From Psilocybe cubensis (lineage: Eukaryota), in assembly GCA_017499595.2 (NCBI GenBank), contig CM039005.1, positions 496,001-560,000 on the forward strand: a stretch of 64,000 nt of DNA, read 5' to 3'. Made by a program: the position numbers and the translations under genes. This document shows, in pieces, positions 13,122 through 27,183 of the stretch. The stretch's first letter is position 1; each line of letters begins with the position of its first letter. The notes beneath the pieces were generated by a model, which saw only the letters and a program-made list of their open reading frames with translations, was not told the origin of the DNA and ran no database searches.

Positions 13122-13948
13122 TCAGATTGCGATTCCTCGTTCGATTACCATCTTAAGCTTTGCCTGCCATTGAGGATCCCAACGCTCCAAATCCTCAGGG
13201 ATTCCATACGGCACAAATCTGGTCGTATAGATGCAGGGAATTTCTATCAACACAATCCCAAACCCAATAGCGTTGAAATTCTCCTTTCTGGCATTTTTAG
13301 TTCTCGATGCGATCTCGTCAAACTTGACTTTGAGCTGAGGTTTTTCCGCTATACAATCTGCGAATGAGAGGACCTGAATATTGTCCACTCTGAAGGCTGT
13401 CCAGATATCTTTGTCTCGGATAGGCGGGTTGGCAGCGGTAAACTTCGGGATTAGGGTGAATGAGAGGAGATGGGTAAGGCATGCCTCAGGCGTCATTTGC
13501 AACTTCAAGGCGTGGACAACAGTGCTTCCAATGATAGATTTATAATACTAAGAGAAGATGCAGTAGCATATATTACTGTAAAAGAAAGGGATTTTCTCGT
13601 ACCTGTACCCATTTCTTGAGTTTGGTCTCTGCGTCTGCCAATGCCATTCCGATCGTCGCCAGTGTATTGTTGTTAAGAGTTTCATCCGACTTCATCTCTG
13701 CTCTAGTTTCCCTGTTCGATGCGCAAAGCGGTTTGTGGTCCTTCCAGTCCTGAACTTGACATTCCCTTGACTGTGTCCTCCGTCAACATGCAGGTACAGT
13801 ATGACTTGAAGTAGTTTTGGACACATACACAATAATGAGCGCGTTTGCATTTAGAGCAAGTTTGAAGAGGGGTGTTCTTGGAGTCCGACTTGAAGCATTT
13901 CTGGCATTGTTTTAGATGGCGAGATTGTTTCGGAAGTGATTGAGGCAT
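13122..13948 (-). CDS. MYND-type zinc-finger protein, paralog 2
   Basis: MPQSLPKQSRHLKQCQKCFKSDSKNTPLQTCSKCKRAHYC, intron, SRECQVQDWKDHKPLC; C-terminal exon shares PKFT..N.P...KDIWTAF.V and W...W...L..(M)V/I..G with paralog 1. Confidence 0.8.
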
Positions 13949-14304
13949 ATTATTTCTTAATTGAATTCCACTGTGACTCTTTGCAGATTGAAGAAACTCG
14001 GAGTAGGGTCGATCAAAGTTTATCAAATGTATTTCCCACGATCTTCAGGTTGACTTTATGAAAACTGCTTGGGATTACTTCACAGCGAAACTTTTGGCGT
14101 ATTGAGTACATCGCCTTATCTCAATCAATTATTCCGTAGACTTTCCAACAGTTCGTTGTGCTTCATTGAAATTGCAAGACTCGGCAAGACTGCTCCTTTT
14201 TGCGGACCAAAAAGTAGTCACGTGCCAGGCGCGCGACGCGTTGATTTTGATTGCAGGCGACTTGAACCGAACCTTCACCGTCGTCGCCGCCACGGCTTTC
14301 GATA

Positions 14305-17300
14305 ATGAACTCTTTTGAGCTGCAGGATGAGCTGCAATCTCTGCAAGAAATAGAAGAGTACGAAATACCCAATGATGAATATCTCTCTTCACAAGACCCA
14401 GAAACGTTGTTGGAAGGTATGTTTTTGTGGCTTTTTCAAGCCTTTGCTTATCAAGTCTGGTAGCCGCCGTCGAGTCGATTGCAGAATCAAGCGACTCAAT
14501 ACGAGATCCAGACATCTTTAATGCCTATCGAAGTCTTTTGAAGCATCCAAACGCGGTGCCGGGGCCTGTGATGAGCAAGTTGCTCGACTCAATATCCTCA
14601 GCTCTTCAAGCAGAATTGGAGGCGACCCAACGCGACGTGGAAACAGGAGACCCACAAGTCTGTGCAAACCACAAGATGCCGTTGGAGATGTACGCGTTTT
14701 TACTCTACTGGTTCGTTATCGCTTCAGAAAAGGTCAAAGCGTCAGAAGAGACAGAGGCTGCTCCAGCAAAGGGAAGGAAAGGAAAGGGAACAAAGGCGAC
14801 ATCACGAGCGGCGGCAAACAAGAAGACAGACACAGTGTGGACGTGGAAAGACCAGATTGTGCCAACTCTCAATCTCATCAGCAAGATTCTCCGCCATCTT
14901 CAAACCCAGCGCATCTGGACAACAACAGCTGAAAGGGACACTTTTATCAAGTGCGTCCTTGTTCATTGCCAGTCATTTCTCTTGCTCACACTCCCGCAGC
15001 TGCATCACGCGCCCCGCGTACCATGTCATGGAAAGCGAAGCTTACATGAAAAACCAGGACATCAAGATGTCGGTGTTCAAAGTCATATGTCTCTCCGTCA
15101 AGCATCACAACCAAGCCATGGCGGTTCAAATCACCATCATGCAGTCTCTTCAGTTCTACGAGCACCTTTCTGAACCCCTGGCGGAATGCCTCATCATTCT
15201 CTCGAACGAATTCGCGTCTACCCAGCTGGCGGACGAGGTTTTGCGCGAAATTGCGGGCAAGACGTTTGGCAGTCAAGAGACTAAAGGACCGCGAGCGTTT
15301 GCTAAATTCCTGATTAAGTATGCGGAGGCATGCCCTCGGCCGGTGTTGAAGCAGCTGAGTCTACTTTTGGGTCAATTGGATTCCGAGGTACACCATACAC
15401 GCTCTCTTTGCAAATCATACACTAACTTTACCAGTCTTATCCCATTCGTCAAGCAATTATCGAAGTCCTAGGCTTCATCATCGCCGACCTAGCAGGTATT
15501 GACCCACAAGACGCCGACCGGAAACAGACCCAAAAGCAAATTAATAACCTCTTCAATGTACTTCTTGACCGGCTCCTCGACGTATCGGGCTATGTCCGTA
15601 CGAGGGTCTTTGTCGTCCTCGGCAAGCTAGCCCAGCACAAGAGCATCAAGTTCCCGAAGCAGCGGCTGGCAATTGCAAGCAACGCTGTAGAGTCGTTGGA
15701 CGACAAGATTGCGTCTGTGCGCAAATCTGCCATAGCGTTGCTCACGCAGTTGATCTTGACCCACCCGTATGGAACAATTCACGGTGGAACTCTTCAGCGA
15801 GAAATTTTTGCGGAAGAGTACCAAAAGATTGTGGACCAGCTTGATAAGTATGAGAGTGCCGTGGGCAACGCTGTGCAAGGTGCTGCCGACGAGGAAGAAG
15901 ACGAAGACGAAGACGGGGATGAAGATGACGCTGAAGGCGAAGATGGCGAAGAGGAAGAAGTCGATGAGGATGGACAGCCCAAGAACAAACGGTCGAAAAA
16001 GTAGGTTTCGCTCTCTTGTCAAAGTTTACTGGCTAACTTCGGATAGGTCTAAGAAACAACGGGATGGTGATGACGCCACAATGGACGTTGACGATGACGG
16101 AGGCGACACTGAACCAGACGAGATGTCCGTCGACGGGGACGACGAGAATACTACTCCTAAAAAGTCCAAGAAGAAAAAGGGCTCGAAGCTCAAGCGTCGC
16201 AAATCGCAGATCGACATCGAGGCACTGAATAAGGAGCAAGAAGTCCTAGCGACATTCGATGAGCAGGAGATCAACACACTGAGGTTGCAAAAGAAATACT
16301 ACGCTGATGCGTTGACATTCATTGACCAGATTGAGAACGCCATGGAGCCAATGTGCAAGCTTCTCGGGTCAACAAGTAAAGCTGAAGTGTTGGAAGTGAT
16401 GGATTTCTTCCGCGTTGCATTTGAATATAAATTCGACAGCGCACACGTAGGCCAATCTTATTCTTTTATGTACAGATACCCTAACCGATGATTACAGGAA
16501 GGAATCAGGAAGATGTTGCATCTCATCTGGACCAAGGACAACACCACAACTTCCGAAGACGGAAAGGAGCTCAAGGGAATCCGCCAACGTCTGTTGGAGA
16601 CCTACCAAAGCCTGTACCTTGACCCCACGGCTGATGACAAACCAAAAGAACAAGTCAACCGTATCACAAAGAACCTCGTGGAGTATGCGACTCCTTATTA
16701 GTTTTTGGTGTAATTGCTCATGAACATCTTATTTTCTTTTTCTTGTAGACTTACGTACGAGTCAACATTGGCAGAACTTACCAGTTTAGAGGAAATGATG
16801 CGTATTATGATGGAATCGAACCGGATACACCACGACGTTATTGCACGATTGTGGCAGGTTTACGGTAGGTTCCGACTACTTCCTAACTTCGAGATTTGTC
16901 TCATCAAATTCGGTTTGAGCTAGGCAGAGACAAACATCTACCAAAGCCTCAACGACGAGGCGCTATCATGATCATTGGCATGCTTGCCTTGTCTGATCAG
17001 AGCATCCTTACCGAAAAGGTTGACCTTATGCTGAAAGTCGGCCTTGGACGTCTCGGAAAGGTCGGTTATCATCGCATGTGTGCTCTGCGTTCATATTTGT
17101 TGACATGAATCAGACGGATCCAACTTTAGCACGCTATACCTGCATCGCTCTACAACGTCTAAATGGAAGTGCTAAGAAAGTTAAAGGTGTGTTCAGCAGC
17201 TCATTGCCTTTGAACAACAATGTGTTGAACAACACTTTTAGGTTCTCTCGAGGACAAAGTTCATCGCATCGACATGGACAACGTCATCTTCCGCAAGCTT

Positions 17301-19302
17301 CAAGACGCTATACTCTATCCGTCACGAACCAAGGAATGGTTCGGTATGGCTGAGCAAGCTATCAACACCGTCTATGCGCTGGGCGAGCACCCCGACCTTT
17401 TTTGCAACGAAGTCATCAAGAAGCTGACCATCAGAGCTTTCAGTCGACCTCAGAAAGAGAAAGACATGACTGAGGCAACGGATGACAAGGATAAGGAAGC
17501 AGATGCGGCAATGAACGAGGATCAGGCTGGGGATGTAACAATGGCTGATATTACGATGCAAGATGCGACTCAGGCTACCCAAGCAACACAGGATGACCAA
17601 GATAAACAGTTCGGCGAGGCTTTCGAACTGAGCCAACTTCTTTTTGTTGTGGGTCACGTCGCTATCAAGCATGTCGTCTTCTTAGAGTTGGTGGAGAGGG
17701 AGTGGAAGAGACAGAAGGATGAGAAGCAAGCTGGTGCGCCATTTCAAATAATTTCAATGGATTGTTTCAAGTCTGACTGTAAAGCATATTTGCAGCCGAA
17801 AAACTCGCGAATGGAAACCTGAAAGGCAATAAAGACGGCGAAGAGTTGGACCAGGTTGCTGGCAATGCCGAAGACGAGATCGGCGAGCGCATCCATGCCA
17901 TCAGAGAAACCGAACTACTCTATGGTCCTCATTCTCTGTTGGCGATGTATGGTCCTATGATCGTACACATATGTGGTAGCCCGCACAAGTTCAAGGTCAG
18001 CCCTATTCTTTCAGAAGAATATTTCATCTGAACTGTATCACGAAGAACCGTACGCTCCGAGCAGCTGCCACACTGGCATTCAGCAAGTTCCTGTGCGTGA
18101 GCTCGCAATTCTGCGACGCACACCACCGCCTGCTGTTCAAGATCCTCGAAACGTCCAAGGACTCTAACATCCGGAGCAACATCGTCATTGCGCTTGGTGA
18201 CGTAGCAGTGTCATTCAGCAATATCATCGATGAGAACAGCAATGAGCTCTACAAGGGTCTCTCTGACAAGCACTTTGTCGTCAAGAAGAACACGCTGATG
18301 GTGCTCACGCATTTGATTCTGAACGGCATGATTAAAGTGAAGGGTCAGTTGGGCGAGATGGCGAAGTGTTTGGAGGATCCAGAGCCGCGCATTTCGGACC
18401 TGGCGAAACTGTTCTTTAATGAACTATCAACGAAGGAAAATGCGATTTACAACAATTTGCCTGATGGTTTGTCCCTTCGTTTGATCATTTTTGTGAATAA
18501 TCGCCCTGACACCTTCTATAGTCATCAGTCATCTTTCGACGGGCGAGCATGCAGTGGACGAAGAGACCTTCCAAAGCACATTGCGATTCATATTTGGCTT
18601 TATCGAGAAGGTATATTCAGTCTACTCAGCAATGGTTCAACCCTACTCACCCTGCTCAACACTAGGAAAAACAAGCCGAATCACTCGTCGAAAAGTTGTG
18701 TCAGCGTTTCCGACTGACCGAAGAACCTCGTCAATGGCGCAACATTGCCTTCTGCTTGTCGCTACTACCATTCAAATCCGAGCGCTCCGTGAAGAAGCTT
18801 ATCGAGGGCCTGCAGTTCTATCGCGACAAGCTGCACGAGCCGGCGGTATTCGAGCGCTTTACCGAGATTCTGGCAAAGGTAAGAGGCATCGTGGATACGA
18901 GTTTGAAATATTTGTAGACTGTAAGGCTCATTGGACTTTGTGATACAGGCTAGGGCGAACAAGTCGAAGGATAAACCTGATTCGGAACTGAACGAGTTCG
19001 AAAAGGTAAACATCCGCCTTCAAAATCTTTCGCTAGAACACATACCTAAGTCCTTTTTGTATAGATTCTGGAAGAACATAAAGCGCAAGGCCAGGAAGAC
19101 CAAGCACTCGAGAAGCGCGTCGAAGGCAAGAAAGCCGCTGCTCGGAAAAAGGCCGCGAAACGATGTAAGCAGCTATATGCGTTCTTCAAACAATTTCTCT
19201 CCAGATGTTGATTGATGGGTTTCTTTTGTTCCAGCCGCTCGCACGAAAAAGGCCGCTCCTGCGCCTGTGGCGCAAGACGACGATATGTACGAGAGCGATT
19301 GA
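14305..19302 (+). CDS. CND1: Condensin complex non-SMC subunit 1 (Cnd1/Ycs4/CAP-D2)
   Basis: Multi-exon HEAT-repeat protein with LDDKIASVRKSAIALL, IRSNIVIALGDVAVSF, VKKNTLMVLTHLILNGMIKVKGQLGEMAKCLED, KENAIYNNLPD (Cnd1 C-terminal region); acidic insert near 15.9-16.2 kb. Confidence 0.95.
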
Positions 19303-21015
19303 TTCCGGCACTCAGTTCTCCACCCACCCGTTTTCATATTGCGCTTTTGTTTTCGATCCTTGATGGCTCAGAGGTTCATGGGATGTAACACAGACCGAAC
19401 TAAATATACACTGATACTGTTCTTGCTTTTTTATTCCATTTGTGTATCCTATATGTATTTTTATAGTAATTCTATCCAATGTATCAATGAAAAGATCAGA
19501 CTGATCCAGGTCTTGAACGTCAATAATATGTCAATCAACTCATCCGGTACGAATTCTCTAAACGAGATCTAAACGGAGATGAAATTCACTTTTTACACGA
19601 CACGCAGAAAACTAGCAAAAGAAGAGAGAGAGAGAGAAAATTCAAAGTCCCACGAATTGATACAGAGATGGACGATCGATAGACAGGCGAAACGAAGCTT
19701 TTACTGACTGTGAACAGAAAGTAGTGAAGAAAAAGAACGAAAAACAAAAGGGGAAGAATTAAAGCTCGAAAGCTTTGATAGGAGGTATGTAAGACGTGTA
19801 TAGAATAAATAATGGGTGTATACTGAGGAGATACTGAACGGGAGAAAGAAAAAAAAATATAAAAATGGGCCAATATAAAAGGCGGAGAAAGACAGAGTAC
19901 GGTAGGGTAGGAGGTGGTCAAAAAGGTAGGTAGGGTACGGGTAAAAAGGTAGGGGTGCAACCGGACAGACACCACAGCAGGACAAGAATACAGGTGATGA
20001 TTGTTTGTACATTTTAAAAGAACTTTGTTCGATTGAAAGAGCCGAGGACCCATGATGGTGTGTAGATGACGTCGACGAAAATGAAGATGCAGGAGATCGT
20101 CTATGAAGGAGATATGAAGGTAGGAAAAAGGGTGCCGATTCCGCAACACCATCGTCGCGATGTATGATGCAGACTTCCGAAGTAGAGCCGGTGAAGCGCG
20201 TAAAAGGAAGAAAAAAAAAGAGTAAATAAAAAAAGGAGCGTGTGTGTCGTGTCAGATGGGTATGTGTCCCGAATAATGATGTGTATAATGTACTACTAAA
20301 TTGACTTGGTATAAGGGTATGATTGGTGTTTGATATGACAAAAGAGAGAAATAAACTAAACCCGGGAAACATGAATGCAATGCTAAAGAGTGTGTAAATA
20401 TGCGCGAATAAAAAAAGGGGGGTTCTAGAAGAAAGAAAGAAAGAGTGTGTGTCCCGAAAGTATGAAAAGTACACGGGGTGTAAATGTATAAAAATGGAGG
20501 AGTAAAGGTGTTTGACCACGGATATTGTAAAAGGGAGTCGGAATGACGTGAGGGGTATGCGAGCGACCAGGGAAGAGATGGTCGGTTACATCGACAGGAG
20601 GATGCCTGGAGGAATATACAGTGAGGTTAAAGTTTACAACCTCCGACATCCTTGTTAGCATAAGAGCAGAAATGCAAGGCCAGTCGTGCACATGCGTATA
20701 ACTGAGGGCATATATATCTGCATAGCGTAGCTAACAACGGCGAGGCATGATGTGAACAGCCCGCGAAGCTGCGAAGGGGTCGGTTCAAGAGATGCAAGCA
20801 GCGGAGGTCCGTTTGTTCTTGACCGAGCGAAGATACAGAGGTGTTAGTTAAAGAGCGTGAATGTTGGCGTCGATGCACAAGGCATGTAGACCGGGATGAG
20901 GCAGGGAAACGGAGGAGTGCCCACGCTACAGCTCCAGGGTCGGGCTATCGTAAGGACGGGACGGAGCAAGAGGGGCGAAGATTCAGGTGAGGAAGGGGCG
21001 AAGAACTTGAAGATC

Positions 21016-23684
21016 TTATTCCTCCTTCTCTTTCTCCCTTTTTACGTGCTCTTTGAACTTTTCTCCGCCTTCTCCACCTCGCATGACGGCTTTCATGAAC
21101 GCAAAGAACCGATTGCCATACTCTACAGGTGGAACAGGACTGATTTTATGCTATGACAGACAAAATGTCAATCAAACCAACACCTATTTGAAATGTATTG
21201 CAGCAAAAGAAACTCACCCGATCCGCACTCATCCCCTTCCAACAATGCTCTAGCTTCTTCACAAAGGTATACGGCGTCAGAATATCAATAACGCCCAAAT
21301 AATAGATAACGTTCATCGGCTCGTTGTTGTCGTCCGTCGCCCTGAGCCCACCTTCGTCTTGGTAAAACACGAATTCCTGGCGGTCCCCTGTGTCTTCTTC
21401 TGGAAGGCGCACGGTGTGCTTGCCGAGACGTTTTGGGTCGGACGAACGCATGGCTCGGCGCATGGCAATGGCTTCGGGAGATTTGCTACCTGCTTGTGAA
21501 GCCTTGCTGCGCCGTGGTTCAGGGAGATCAGGCTATATTTCAATGTAAAAATTGTTCATTAAAACACGAACATATGAAACAAATAAAGAGGAAACGCACC
21601 GAAAACACTTTAAGCGTGTTCTTCCGCACATTCTCCCTGTTCCCTCGCTGCATGTTGTGTATGCCCACCAACAGACTATAATCCATCACCTGTATACTCT
21701 TCAAAAACTCCTCGTCCCGCCTTAACTGCTCTGTCAATAGCGCGCGCTTCTCCGGGCCGAGCTCGAGCATATTTCCGCGATTAATCCAGTTGAGATCCTT
21801 CAGCACCGCTCGAGGGTTCTTTGCAGCCTTCTCCTCGGGATACTCCCTCCCCACCGTACTCCCCTTCAAATCATACGTCTCATGCACATCCTTATGAGCC
21901 GGAAACAGGTTATTCATAATCACGAAATGTATCTTCCTGCCCCTGGGTAGCTTCACACGATGGAGCCCATAAAAGCGGCTCAGCAGCGTGTGAGGGTTCG
22001 CCTTGACATGTTCATAGTAGCGCTCGAGGATGCTCAGCAGAAACTTGTGCTCCGAGTGCCGGATGGTCTTGATGATGAACCGGTAGTCGCGCGAGAAGTA
22101 GAAAAAGGACCCGGATTTGCCGGGTGAGCCGAGTTCGGAGAGGATGTATTTGGCGGTAAGAGAGAGTAAGTAGTCGGCGGGGTCGAGATGGAAGATGTCT
22201 TCACGCAGGTAACGGAACACCCAGGGAGCGTAGTCTTTGAACTTGAAGTCGTATTTTGCAGACGGTGTCAGCTCGTTTCCAACGCTATTTGAAAAATAAA
22301 TGGTCGTTTCCTTGCAGAATAGAAACCACATACATATCAAAAGAAAACTTATGTCGAGCCATAAAATCCTCAGGTGTCAACGGCCTCTTGATCTTTGCGC
22401 CGCATCGAGAAACCTACAAAAGCATAAAAACAGTGAGCGCATAATCTCCCGAGGAGAGCGAGTCCCATGACGTACGCCGATCCGAATGCCTGTCAGCATG
22501 TTATACATGAGCACATAATTCACATGGTCCTCGCCGATAAGATTCCCCACGAGGGGCGCATCCTGCGCGGCAGCGACGCCAGACGACTCGGCCCTCGTCA
22601 GCGCCGCCTCCGCCTCCTGCTGCTGCTTCGCCCGCTTGCTCATGCGCTCCCGCCGGATACGCTCCGCATGAATCTCAATATCCGACGCCAGCTCCAGCCC
22701 ACCCTCGCCCAGCACCGCGTTGTCATCCACAGACGCAAACGGCTGCGAGGCGCCTTTCCCGTGTGCGCTCCCACCTACGCCCGGCGCCGCAACCCCGCGC
22801 TTGGACATCAGCGGCGTCGATCCCGTGGTATTCCGTCGGGCAGGCCGCTGCGCAGCGGTGAGCACCGGGGGCTGGAGGTACCCGTCCACGGAGAGATGTC
22901 CGTTCGCCCGTGACGGAGACGGTGTCGAGGAGGACGCTTCGGCATTAGTGTTGATTGACGGCTGCTGCTGCGGGGGTGACGACGTGACGAGGTTCCGGAG
23001 ACCGCTGTACGATGCCTTGGTGTCGGTTGACGACCGTTGTAACGCTTCTGGCGGGACCAGAGGGAGCTGCGAGGGCAATGACGAGGCGGGGGGCTCAATA
23101 CTCGACCTTCGCTGCTGGTGCTGGGTGACACTGCCGTTTTGGTGGGCAGGCAAAGGGGGGCCCAGCATGCGGGGGTGTGGCGGCTTTGTCTCGAGCTGCT
23201 CCTCTTCCCTTTGTTGTTGGTCTGCACTGGGAGGAAGAGGATAAGGCAGAGGGGGAGGGGGCGGCGAACCAGCATGGTCCGAGTCTGGCTTGACGGTGCG
23301 GAGGACGGCTCTTCCGACTTTTTCCAGGTACGAGTCTGGCACGGGGCCCGACTCGATCTCAACTTTGTCGTTCGTCACTTTCACGATATGCATCTCCTGC
23401 TGTCCTCCAAGCGCATATATCGGGTTTATCATGTTGGTCGTCGTAGCGGGTGTGTCGCGCGGCGTGTCCTTGTTCGCATGTACGGTATGCACGGACGAGT
23501 GCGACGAGTTGTTGCCGTTGGTGAAATTGCTGTTGGCGAGCGACGAGTGCGAGCCGGCGAGGAGCGGTGCTGTGCGGTAGGACGCCCCCGAGACGGACGA
23601 GGAAGCGATGCTCTGTCGGTGGGAGTCGTTCCTGGCCACTGGTGGCGGCGACGGCGAACGATTGTAAATGGCTGCACTCGCCAT
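21016..23684 (-). CDS. MSS4: Phosphatidylinositol-4-phosphate 5-kinase (Mss4/Its3)
   Basis: HVNYVLMYNMLTGIRIG, FKFKDYAPWVF, ELGSPGKSGSFFYFSRDYRFIIKT, YDLKGS, LKDLN, MDYSLLVG, YYLGVIDILT, KISPVPP; long disordered N-terminus; TAA at 21016-21018. Confidence 0.96.
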
Positions 23685-24727
23685 CGTTGGGTTTTGGTGT
23701 TTGCAAGGTTTCAAGGCAGGCAACCGTTTCTCTGCGAAAATGCTCCCAAGATATCAGTGGCTGTGCTCACCAGCAACACGTGTGCCTGGTTGCCGACGGC
23801 TGACGCTGCCCCAAGCCAACAAACTTGAGTTCCAACGTCCATGTCGACCTCTCAATTCCTACCAGATGTCCTACTAGTCGTTGCATCTAGAGCTGTTCAG
23901 TGATATCTGATGCCGAAACACACACATACTTTAATTCAGGGGGTTGCGTGACGGCAATTGTGTGGCGGATCTAATCTCTAAATATGTTTAACAGATTCAG
24001 ATCATTTGTGGACAAAAGGAATCAAATTATCACACTCCTTTCCAAGGAGAATGCTTGCTATGTTCCAAAAACCAAGGAAAGGAGGTGCGTTCAACAGTTT
24101 ATCATTTGACTTTGAAAAGCGTAGCTCAAGTCGGGCAGGCAAGGCTAGAAACCACCCAAGCAGACCATGTCTGAGCCCACGAGTTCATCTTGATACTTTG
24201 TGCAAGGTAGAAAGCCTCGAGGACACGGAGATCCCGGTTCTAAGTGCGGGTGTATGCGCCAACTTCCTTGCAGTGAGTCTTCACGATGAATGCCGTATAC
24301 CTGCTTGTGGAACTCATGCCAATGTAGTTTTCATCATGAAGCGCAAAGCAGTACGACATTATCTCGCCAATAAGCACCGAAGATGCATACGACGCCGTAA
24401 TCCCCACCAGTGAGCATAACCGCACGGGCCCGAACACTCATAAATGCCACTAAATATAACTCAAAAGACATAACTAATCATCAATCAATGTGCGTAGTCC
24501 AGTTCTTTGTTTGACTGCTATCACAGCTGTTTAACAATGTTCATTTGATGATCAGCACTAGCTAGATCAGGAAAACGATTTTCCAAACTACCAGATGTAA
24601 CTGAGCCGCGGGGGCCGGCTTGCTTATAAGAAGATGCCGCCTGTCCTGCAAGCTCTTTCCTCGAACGCAACAAATAGACCTAACGCGATTACAGGCGCTC
24701 GTGACGCAAATCCAAAACAATCCCTAA

Positions 24728-25329
24728 GCGACTCGAAATCGCGTTCAACCCGACCTCGGTATTCGGATTTATGCATTGCGAGAGCAACCTTGGAAAAATA
24801 GCATTAACAGCGTTCGAACCGGACACATTCCATCCACATATCTCCATCCTATCGCTCATACACTCCAAGGTCCCGATTTACGGACTGGATTTCATCTTAA
24901 CTTATACAAGGTCTGTGGTATCTCTGCACCTCTGACCCCTTCAAGCTTCAGTACGAAGCACAGTTGGCTCAAGAAAAGTTATGCAATACCATGTTGGATC
25001 GTTCCAACACGTTTGATTCATGCTTTTGGTCTCCTGGCTCGTTGGAGGTGTTGAAGAAATGTGTAGCAGAACTAAGCTTCATAACTGAGTCTGGTTGGTA
25101 TCCACCCCATATTGTTTACTGGAGGGTATTTGGCAGACGTGCACGTAGAGCAGATAGGCGTACTTTCCATCTGCGCATCTTAGGTGGGTCTCAGAACTTC
25201 GATTACTTGTTGCACGCTCATCCGAAATTATTCCAAGATATACAAATTTATCATGCTACAAGTGAACACCACAGTAGTTATATTACAGCCCTTGGTGGGC
25301 GTGGTATATTACTATTAAGAATCGAATAA
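24728..25329 (+). pseudogene. Possible orphan gene remnant (two ORF segments joined in frame by a 41-nt intron)
   Basis: GTCTGT...CTGAC...TTCAG intron 24911-24951 joins ...FHLNLYK to YEAQLAQEKLCNT... in frame. The upstream frame is interrupted by TAA at 24725-24727, and there is no in-frame ATG before the intron. Confidence 0.25.
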
Positions 25330-25342
25330 GAGTAAGTGGTCT

Positions 25343-25792
25343 TTAAGCATTCTTGTTGATGTCTTGTTGGGCCTCGCCCTTGTCGTGACGGGCATTTCCT
25401 GAAAACCGAGGTGAGTACTTGCAAAAACTAAGAAGGGACGAAACCTAATATTTACCTGCAGCCTGCTGAGACTTGTCGCCGGTGATGGCACCGACCACAG
25501 AGTCCTTCTTTCCGGTGATTCGGTCAGCGGTGCCCTCAGCGTAACCTTTAGCCTGGGCGGCCTTGTACTCGGCCTCGCCAGCAGCGTGCTCCTCTTTTCC
25601 GGACTGTTTCCATGAGGTGGCACCGGTTACGTTGCCAATGGCTTCGACGATGTTGCCCTTGGTAGAGTGGAATTGACCGGTGGTCTTGCTATACATTGAT
25701 TCGCATTAAAATGTGTTTATCACATAGATTGCATACAGAGGAACGTACTTGGGCTCGCCGGATGTGGTGTTGTTGAATGATGAAGATGCCAT
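25343..25792 (-). CDS. Hmp1/CsbD-like small protein (mismatched base pair and cruciform DNA recognition protein-like), copy 1
   Basis: [110 protein letters not shown]; family assignment from recalled resemblance. Confidence 0.85.
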
Positions 25793-25880
25793 TATTATCA
25801 AAAACTGTTGTTGAGTTGCTTTGTGTTTATAAAAAGTTGGGATGTGAAATTGATGCCTTATCCCTTGCATCCTAAGCTCT

Positions 25881-25889
25881 CTTATATAG
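25881..25889 (-). promoter_or_regulatory. Putative TATA box of Hmp1-like copy 1
   Basis: TATATAAG on the minus strand about 90 bp upstream of the ATG at 25792. Confidence 0.5.
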
Positions 25890-26220
25890 CATTTCGAGCA
25901 CCCATTCAAACTCTCCACTTCAGGTAAATTTCCATTGTGTTCCGCAAACTCCGTTCATTTTTCACGAGAAAGCAGTCAGAGTGTCGTCGACGTACTCGAG
26001 CTCCAACCTGGCGTCATACATAAAGTAATCCAAATATGGACATGTGGGGCGCTTATGATGTCCGCGATCGTCACCAAAAACGTCATCGCAATAAATTCTC
26101 AATTGGCGCGCATCGTCAATAAAATGATGTCATCGTCTATTTTTGGCTTTCACCGCTAACCATTGATGCATCTTCGTTTTCGCGATCTTTCCAGAGCATA
26201 TGCATTGCATGTTGGATGAT

Positions 26221-26227
26221 TATAAAA
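26221..26227 (+). promoter_or_regulatory. Putative TATA box of Hmp1-like copy 2
   Basis: TATAAAA about 90 bp upstream of the ATG at 26313. Confidence 0.55.
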
Positions 26228-26312
26228 GGGATACCGCAGATCGCTTTTTACTCCAGCAAACACCAGTTTACCACCCCACAGCAGTATCAATCCAACCACA
26301 CTTCAATTACCA

Positions 26313-26751
26313 ATGGCATCCCAATCAGTTGACAATACCGCCTCTGGAGAGCCAAGGTTAGTGACTGATCGCCACCTCAACTCATATGTATATTTATTGA
26401 CCATGTTTATACAGCAAGCTCAATGGCCAATTTCACTCTGTGAAGGGCACCGTCGTTGAGGCTATCGGAAACGCTACCGGCGCAACGTCCTGGCAGCAAT
26501 CCGGCAAAGAGGAGCATGCTGCCGGCGAAGCTGAATACAACGCCGCCCAAGCTAAAGCCTACGTTGAGGGCACAGCAGACCGCATTGCTGGAAAGAAAGA
26601 CGCGGTTGTCGGTGCTATTACCGGTGATAGAACACAGGAGATTTCAGGTGTGTAACTTAGCTTGTGCTATGGATTCGTTGTTCATAATATTTATTTAGGA
26701 AATGTACAACATGACAAAGGTCAAGCTCAACAAGAAGCAAATAAATTTTAA
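26313..26751 (+). CDS. Hmp1/CsbD-like small protein, copy 2
   Basis: [109 protein letters not shown]; same two intron positions as copy 1. Confidence 0.85.
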
Positions 26752-27183
26752 ATCCTGCGATTTTATCTGTTGACGTCGATACACAATTTTAACCTGGGGG
26801 ACATGTTTTATTCTTGGTCGTGGCCTCTTTTTTTGGGCAATAATTTTTTTGGGATGTAATTTTAAATTCTATATTGTATACAATACCTTTATTTTGCTTC
26901 ATTTGGCGAGTCCTAAGTTTATTCGGTGATATTTCTCATTGAACCAGTTGCAAGTTTTGAGACCAACCAAACAGATAGTGAATCGTCAATTATAATTAAA
27001 AATTATATTCAACACATTTTGACCTATCAACGAATCAACGCGCAGCGCATATTACAGAAGAGATTTAATCGATTTTAAGCTAAGGATCGAAACGAACCGA
27101 TATTTTGACTTCAAGAAACACTAACATGGTACGGGAAAGACAAAAATAAGAAAACGAAGTGTGTTGGACCGCGATACAGCAAT

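Noticed and set aside
19586-20519. 188-aa and 272-aa Phe/Leu/Ser-rich minus-strand ORFs
   Set aside because: Translation of pyrimidine-rich low-complexity DNA downstream of MSS4, probably 3'UTR
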